Made by a program: the position numbers and the translations under genes. A model generated the notes under the pieces. The model did not search any database. It had not been told where the DNA came from and was given only the letters and a program-made list of their open reading frames with translations. From an uncultured Gammaproteobacteria bacterium (GTDB lineage: Bacteria; Patescibacteriota; Patescibacteriia; VMEV01; CAYQCH01), in the NCBI GenBank assembly GCA_964415935.1, contig CAYQCH010000003.1, positions 1 to 48,332 on the forward strand: 48,332 nt of DNA, written 5' to 3'. This document shows, in pieces, positions 43,357 through 48,332 of the stretch. The number at the start of each line of letters is the position of its first letter. Position 1 is the first letter of the stretch.

Positions 43357-43878
43357 TTACTCCACTACCAGCGTGCCTTTCATGCTGCCGTGGCCAGAGC
43401 CGCAAAAGACGTTGCATGAAAAGGTAAACGAACCCTTCTTGTCCGCGACAAACGTTACCGACTCGGTCGTATTCGGAGCTAACTTTACATTGACGCCAAA
43501 GGCGCTTAACGAAAACCCATGGTCAACATCCACGCTGGTGATGTTCAACACCACGGTATCGCCTTGATTAACAATAACGCGCGCGGGCTCAAACACCCAC
43601 TGTTTGGCGGTCATGTTGACCGTGCGGGTAACGGGCTTTGCCTCCGGCTCGGCCGTTGGCGCAGGGGCCGGAGTGGGGGTTACCACCGGCTGCGGTGCTT
43701 CCATGGCAGCCGGCTGATTCGCCGCCGGTTGTTCAATCTCCATCGCAGGCTGGCTTGCGGGCTCTTCCATAGCCGGCTGTTGCGGCTCAACGGGTTGTGG
43801 CGTGGCCTGCTGAGGCTGTGAACAACCAGCGCCCAATAAAGCCAAGGACAGAAAAACGGATGCGAGTGATGATTTCAT
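43357..43878 (-). CDS. CuA-type cupredoxin lipoprotein (cytochrome oxidase subunit II-like soluble domain)
   Basis: Signal with LLGAGC, a Pro/Gln/Ala/Glu-rich linker, DVDHGFSL (first His ligand), and FSCNVFCGSGHGSM, which matches the C-x3-C-x3-H-x2-M CuA ligand pattern. Confidence 0.75.
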   Translation of the reverse strand: MKSSLASVFLSLALLGAGCSQPQQATPQPVEPQQPAMEEPASQPAMEIEQPAANQPAAMEAPQPVVTPTPAPAPTAEPEAKPVTRTVNMTAKQWVFEPARVIVNQGDTVVLNITSVDVDHGFSLSAFGVNVKLAPNTTESVTFVADKKGSFTFSCNVFCGSGHGSMKGTLVVE

Positions 43879-43888
43879 AGGTGAATGG

Positions 43889-44143
43889 TTATTTCATAGC
43901 GCCCTCTGTTTTGAGCAGCAGGCGTTTTTTAGATATTCCGCGGTTATACCCGCCCAGCCTGCCGTCGGCGCGAATGACGCGATGGCATGGAATGGCCGGA
44001 TCATAGTTTGTCCGCAATACCGCCCCAACGGCACGTGCTGCTTTGGCATTTCCTGCCATACCGGCCACCTGGCCGTACGTCAGCGTCTGCCCTTCGGGGA
44101 TGCGGCTGACAATGTCCATGACTTTTTCTCGAAATGTTTTCAT
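43889..44143 (-). CDS. methylated-DNA-protein-cysteine methyltransferase (MGMT) DNA-binding/active-site domain protein
   Basis: Trimmed to ATG 44143, 1 nt after the tdk stop. YGQVAGMAGNAKAARAVG and the active-site PCHRVI are present. Confidence 0.8.
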   Translation of the reverse strand: MKTFREKVMDIVSRIPEGQTLTYGQVAGMAGNAKAARAVGAVLRTNYDPAIPCHRVIRADGRLGGYNRGISKKRLLLKTEGAMK

Positions 44144-44144
44144 A

Positions 44145-44690
44145 TCATGGTCTGGTAAAACATAAACGGCACATGGGCACGTAGCTGAAGCGCCCGTCGT
44201 CGGGTACGGAAGCGGGCATGCCGCCCAATAGCGGCTTTCCATCGTCAAAAATCTGCGTGTACACAGCATCAGGCTTTTTACAGGCTTCGCAGACGGCGCG
44301 GCGGAACTTTACTTCCCTGGGGCCAAGCGAAAACAAGTATGTCACGTTGGCGAACAAGTATCCTCGGTAATCGGTGTCGAGGCTGGAAATAACAACCGTT
44401 TTTCCCGCGCGCAACAACGTATCAACCACTTCCATGTTTTGCTCGCCGAACATGTGAAATTCATCAATGCCAATAACGTCCGCGTCATCCTGAAGAATCT
44501 CCGCCAGCCCGCTGATTTTTTTCCCGTCCATAAGCGACCCGTTGCGGGACTGGATGTGCTGGTCGCGCACGTTTTTTACGGGCTGGTACAACGCATGCGG
44601 GATATTGGTGTATTTCAAAGGAGCAAAATAGCTGATCAGTTCATACGATTTCCCACTCTTCATCGGTCCCAGAATCAATGTCAGTCCCAT
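44145..44690 (-). CDS. tdk: thymidine kinase
   Basis: GPMKSGKS P-loop, IGIDEFHMF, and C-terminal zinc-ribbon cysteines (CEACKKP ... PMCRLC). Confidence 0.9.
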   Translation of the reverse strand: MGLTLILGPMKSGKSYELISYFAPLKYTNIPHALYQPVKNVRDQHIQSRNGSLMDGKKISGLAEILQDDADVIGIDEFHMFGEQNMEVVDTLLRAGKTVVISSLDTDYRGYLFANVTYLFSLGPREVKFRRAVCEACKKPDAVYTQIFDDGKPLLGGMPASVPDDGRFSYVPMCRLCFTRP

Positions 44691-44800
44691 AATAAAAGAT
44701 AGCTACCCATGGATTATACGGCATGGCAGCGCCAGGCCCAAGATTGACAATCGGGGAAAAAATCGTTTTGCTTTAGGCAGTTCTTTCAACCGGAGGTTCC

Positions 44801-45436
44801 ATGCACCTGCCATATGTCGACTTTGTCGAGGGATGGCTGGGGCGGGAATTTCCGCTCCAGCTGATCCATTCTCATCGCAAGCTGTGCGGCATTTTCGGCG
44901 ACCTGGCCGACAATGCCTCCCTGCACCTGCAAAAACTGGCGGACGCATACCCGCGCGCCTTCCAGTTAAAGCCCGGACTGTTGAACATCGCTGAGATCCT
45001 GCAAGACGGTGGTACGCCGTTTTTGGTGCGCGGGCTGTCCGTCACCAAAGTGGTTACTCCCGATCAGGCCAACGACTGCCTGCCACGGCTCCGGCAGGCA
45101 CAGGCTTGCGACCTGTACCGGCTGACGCTGCGCGGCCACGCCATAGGCACGAATTCTTGCTTGCAGGCCGACTTCCTGGAACATGCCACCGAGCTGCCCC
45201 TGCACATGCTCGAACAAGCGCTCTGTCAGCGATACGCGACGGTCGCGCCAAAGAGTGTGGCAATTCTTGCCGCGAAAACCGTGCGGCAGATGCTCTTGTT
45301 TGAATGCTGGGACAAGATTTACGGCCTCAACCACCCGCTGGCGCTGGCCGCGCAAGATCTCAGGAATATCGGGGCGATTCCGCTTTGGATTGAATGCAGA
45401 GGCACGGCAACGGTCCTGGCCTCCAAGCCCGACTGA
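44801..45436 (+). CDS. hypothetical cytoplasmic protein
   Basis: 211-aa ORF. GGAGG lies 5 nt upstream of the ATG and a terminator follows. No family recognised. Confidence 0.55.
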   Translation: MHLPYVDFVEGWLGREFPLQLIHSHRKLCGIFGDLADNASLHLQKLADAYPRAFQLKPGLLNIAEILQDGGTPFLVRGLSVTKVVTPDQANDCLPRLRQAQACDLYRLTLRGHAIGTNSCLQADFLEHATELPLHMLEQALCQRYATVAPKSVAILAAKTVRQMLLFECWDKIYGLNHPLALAAQDLRNIGAIPLWIECRGTATVLASKPD

Positions 45437-45438
45437 AA

Positions 45439-45477
45439 ACCGCCGAAACCTGACAAGGTTCCGGCGGTCTTTCTTTT
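45439..45477. terminator. bidirectional hairpin terminator between convergent genes
   Basis: ACCGCCGAAACC (45439..45450) / GGTTCCGGCGGT (45457..45468), with one mismatch. The flanks are T-rich on both strands. Confidence 0.6.
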
Positions 45478-45491
45478 ACTGGTCACGCGGG

Positions 45492-47429
45492 CTACAGCCT
45501 TAAGCGAACTTCGCCGCGCAATGAAGGGACGGTCACGTTTGGGGTCGCGCCAGCCGGCACATACGGCGGCACGGCATCGACTTCCATGACCGGGCAGTCG
45601 GCGACTTTGCAATGGCCGCAGCCATTCGGCGCTGGGTCTTGCACAATAGTCCCGTCTGTTGCTCGGCCAGTCCCATGCCAATGGTTGGCATCGCAGGCGT
45701 CCGGCCCGGCCTGATGGACGCTGTCCGCGTAGATGTATTTTCCGTTTACATAAATAACCTTGATCTTGCACGTTGTCTTTCCGGGCTGGCCGGGTGTTCC
45801 AGGCGTCTGGCCATTGCCGCGGTTGCCGCCCGCACCGGCGGTGCAGCCGTCGCCTCCGTTTCCGCCGTTGCCACCCATATCAGCAAGCACAGCCCCGTCC
45901 GTTCCAGGGGTGTCGCCGCCCGTGCCGGCAGTTCCCGCTTTGCCCTGAGAATCACCGCCGTTGCCGCCTTTGCCGCCCGCTTTGTCGGGGCCGCAGCTTC
46001 CGCCTGCGCCGCCATGGCCGCCATTTGCGGTGGCGTCGCCGCCGTCGCCGCCTTCAGACACCGCAAAGGCCCAGCCGGAACCGCTCTTTACCGCTTTTCC
46101 GCCGTTCCCCGCCGTAGCCGTGGCCTTGCCGCCCGTGCCGCCTGCACAACCGCAGGCATTGCCTGCGCCGCCGGTGCCGGCATTGGCAATGGCGTCACCG
46201 CCGCGGCCAGCCTGCACGTCGCCGACGACGACGTTTGCCAAACCGCCGACTGATCCGGACGAAGAGATCACATTCAGGCTATCGCCGCCCTTTCCACCGC
46301 GCGCGTCAGCGTCGCCGCCCTTGGTTCCGGGACAGGCCGCTTCGCCGTTCTTGCCGGTGGCTTCAGCCAGACCGCCGTTGCCGCCGCGGCCGGGGGTAAC
46401 GTCAAACGTTCCAAGAATTTGGAATTTCCCCGTGGCAACCATTTTGAAGTTGCCAGGCTTGCCGCCGTCCCCGCCCGTGGCATAGGCGCGCTCGCAGTCC
46501 TTGCTTGTCCTGGCGATGCCGCCGTCTCCGCCGTTGCCGAGGGTCAAATTAAAATTGTTGATCGTCAGGTTCGCGGCCTGCACGTTCAAACGCATGGCAT
46601 CGCCGCCACGGCCCCCAAGCACCGTGCATTTGTCGTATGAATTCTCGCCATGGCTGCCGTGCGGCCCTTGCAGCGTAAAGTCCTGGACCGTAACATCTCC
46701 ATTGTCGCCAAAATCAAAATTCAACAGGATTTTTTTCACTTTAGGCGTAGCGCGTTGCACGTCCAATTCACCTGGCTGTTCCTCCCCTTCACCCACAACC
46801 TGCCAGTTGCCGCTGATCGTTACGCGGGGGCCGACTTGCGCGCCGGCGGATTCAACGCCCAGTAACGCATTTGCCAACGAATACAGTTCAGCAGAACCAA
46901 TGGCGACGCGGCGGCGAAGCGGTAAAGACGACTGCAAGCCGTTTCCCGGCACAACAGGACCGACGCGCAACCCCGTACCGGTCTCTTTCTCCACCTCGTC
47001 AAACGCGGCATCCAGCTGTTCGGCCACCAGGACTTTATCAGGCCTGTCTACGAGCTGGATGGAACCGGCTGAAACCACGGTGGCTGATTTATCAAACGTG
47101 AATGTTTTTGCCGAAATGGCGATGCCGGCGGTTTCAGCGGCCTCCGCACAGGACAATTTCCGGCTGACGCGCAATTCCCCGCCCACATCAGCGAGCAATC
47201 CGCCACCCTGGCAAGCCAGCTCCCCGTCCACAGAAAGATTGCCAGTCACGGTCAGCCTGGCGCCGTTTGCCAGCACCACGCGCTGCCCGGCATTCACGGC
47301 AAAATCGCCCTCCACCGTACGGTCGGCGTCAATGACAATCGTCTCGACCCTGTTCATGCTGTACCAAAAGAACGCGGCCGCGGCGGCCAACACAACGGCA
47401 GCGGCGGCGATGAGAACTTTGGGCTTCAT
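45492..47429 (-). CDS. membrane-anchored Gly-rich repeat protein (GGxGG-type) with a Cys/His-rich C-terminal module
   Basis: 645 aa. N-terminal TM, a beta-helix-like region, about 250 aa of GGDGG/GGNGG/GKGG-type repeats, then TTCKIKVIYVNGKYIY...CDANHWHGTG...CGHCKVADC. Confidence 0.7.
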   Translation of the reverse strand: MKPKVLIAAAAVVLAAAAAFFWYSMNRVETIVIDADRTVEGDFAVNAGQRVVLANGARLTVTGNLSVDGELACQGGGLLADVGGELRVSRKLSCAEAAETAGIAISAKTFTFDKSATVVSAGSIQLVDRPDKVLVAEQLDAAFDEVEKETGTGLRVGPVVPGNGLQSSLPLRRRVAIGSAELYSLANALLGVESAGAQVGPRVTISGNWQVVGEGEEQPGELDVQRATPKVKKILLNFDFGDNGDVTVQDFTLQGPHGSHGENSYDKCTVLGGRGGDAMRLNVQAANLTINNFNLTLGNGGDGGIARTSKDCERAYATGGDGGKPGNFKMVATGKFQILGTFDVTPGRGGNGGLAEATGKNGEAACPGTKGGDADARGGKGGDSLNVISSSGSVGGLANVVVGDVQAGRGGDAIANAGTGGAGNACGCAGGTGGKATATAGNGGKAVKSGSGWAFAVSEGGDGGDATANGGHGGAGGSCGPDKAGGKGGNGGDSQGKAGTAGTGGDTPGTDGAVLADMGGNGGNGGDGCTAGAGGNRGNGQTPGTPGQPGKTTCKIKVIYVNGKYIYADSVHQAGPDACDANHWHGTGRATDGTIVQDPAPNGCGHCKVADCPVMEVDAVPPYVPAGATPNVTVPSLRGEVRLRL

Positions 47430-47438
47430 ACAAACGCT

Positions 47439-48260
47439 TTATTGAGTAATAATGAGAGGTTTTGATGGATCGTACTCCCCAAGAGAAAAGCCGTACGTAT
47501 TGTTTCCGATGACCACATAAGAAGCGCTCACCGCCCGTTGCTCTGTACCCGCCATCTGGTACGCCAGCGGCTTTTGCAGGCCGTATGCGCCAAATGCCGT
47601 TTCCACGACAAGATCGCCGGTTGAACTGATAGACAATCCCTCTATGCCGTCCAAAAATACTTGTATGCTCGGCGCCGCATGCGGTTGAATGGTAAATTCA
47701 TAATTCAATGCGCCGTTTCTGCCTGTATACACCACGTCCACGCCATCGTACAGTCCAGTGAATGAAACCCCTTCATAGGTCGGGATTTCCGTGCGCCATT
47801 TTTCTGGATCATTTCCAATAAAATAGTTCACTTTCCCTTTCAGTTGACGCACGCCTTCCAATACTGGGTCGGCGTTCGCGCCCACAAACGACTGCTTCAC
47901 TGCCAGCGCGCGGCGGGGCTCCGGTTTTTCTTCCGTTATCGCTTCGCCCTCTGCTTGTCCTTCTATGTTTTCCACAAAGGCGTAGGCGATTTCCTGGGGA
48001 GTGAAAAAGATGCTCTGCGACCCGGCGCGCACGAAAAATTTAACCTGCTCGTCAACCTGGCCGTCATTGCGCTGGAATGCCAACGGCATGGAGGCAAATC
48101 GCTGCCGCGCTTCTTGTTCCGTGATGGTTTGAGATGACTTGGGCGTTTCAGGCTGGCGCCAAAAGAGGAATGCGGCGATGGCGACAATGATGACTGCCAA
48201 ACCGCCCTGTACCCCCTTGTTTGATGCGAATTTCTTTACATCCATATGTTTCCGCACCAT
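47439..48260 (-). CDS. hypothetical membrane-anchored protein, probably co-transcribed with the Gly-rich protein
   Basis: 273 aa with TM GGLAVIIVAIAAFLFW. The motif MPLAFQRNDGQVDEQVKFFVRAGSQSIFF is recalled from N-termini of large secreted beta-propeller/adhesin-like proteins. Its stop is 9 nt before the next start. Confidence 0.55.
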   Translation of the reverse strand: MVRKHMDVKKFASNKGVQGGLAVIIVAIAAFLFWRQPETPKSSQTITEQEARQRFASMPLAFQRNDGQVDEQVKFFVRAGSQSIFFTPQEIAYAFVENIEGQAEGEAITEEKPEPRRALAVKQSFVGANADPVLEGVRQLKGKVNYFIGNDPEKWRTEIPTYEGVSFTGLYDGVDVVYTGRNGALNYEFTIQPHAAPSIQVFLDGIEGLSISSTGDLVVETAFGAYGLQKPLAYQMAGTEQRAVSASYVVIGNNTYGFSLGEYDPSKPLIITQ

Positions 48261-48272
48261 TTTAGCAGAATT

Positions 48273-48332
48273 TTATGATGCCTGCCGCATGGCGATGTCG
48301 CCGGCAATGCGCTGGTCGGGCTTGTCGATGGT
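48273..48332 (-). CDS. 3' end (19 codons) of an unidentified gene entering from the right edge
   Basis: The minus strand reads ...TIDKPDQRIAGDIAMRQAS then TAA at 48275..48273. It is too short to identify. Confidence 0.3.
   Translation of the reverse strand, partial: TIDKPDQRIAGDIAMRQAS

Overview
The window reads as a gene-dense bacterial chromosome segment, with housekeeping content and many orphan secreted proteins reminiscent of a reduced, possibly CPR/Patescibacteria-like genome. That taxonomic guess is inference only. The backbone is moderately GC-rich.

Recognisable genes:
- pnp, rpsO, rplS, gmk, tdk, ssb, msrB and cca.
- An RluA-family pseudouridine synthase, an ABC-F ATPase, a Xer-type recombinase and a DnaQ-like exonuclease.
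- Six tRNAs: Ala-UGC, Cys-GCA, Gly-UCC, Gly-CCC, Leu-GAG and Val-UAC.

The left 7.7 kb is a tightly coupled minus-strand operon resembling a Gram-positive/CPR-type type IV secretion module: VirB6-like, two orphans, PrgI/VirB3-like, a VirB4 N-module-like ORF, then VirB4.

Most unusual features:
1. The tRNA-Gly(UCC) locus has its 5' 46 nt duplicated around a frameshifted GIY-YIG ORF. A 20-nt perfect palindrome sits in the orphaned anticodon loop. An AT-rich PD-(D/E)xK nuclease-like orphan lies directly downstream.
2. Several compact cassettes have almost exclusively G/C-ending codons (18135..18545, 23353..24576, 29180..29998, 31703..32356, and less extremely the 968-aa Ser/Thr kinase). They sit in the backbone, mostly beside tRNA genes, and some have AT-rich sigma70-like promoters and strong hairpin terminators.
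3. The rpsO-pnp pair is split by about 2.3 kb of inserted genes and structured RNA.

No rRNA, CRISPR array or transposase was seen. All family calls come from motif recognition by eye, with no searches run.
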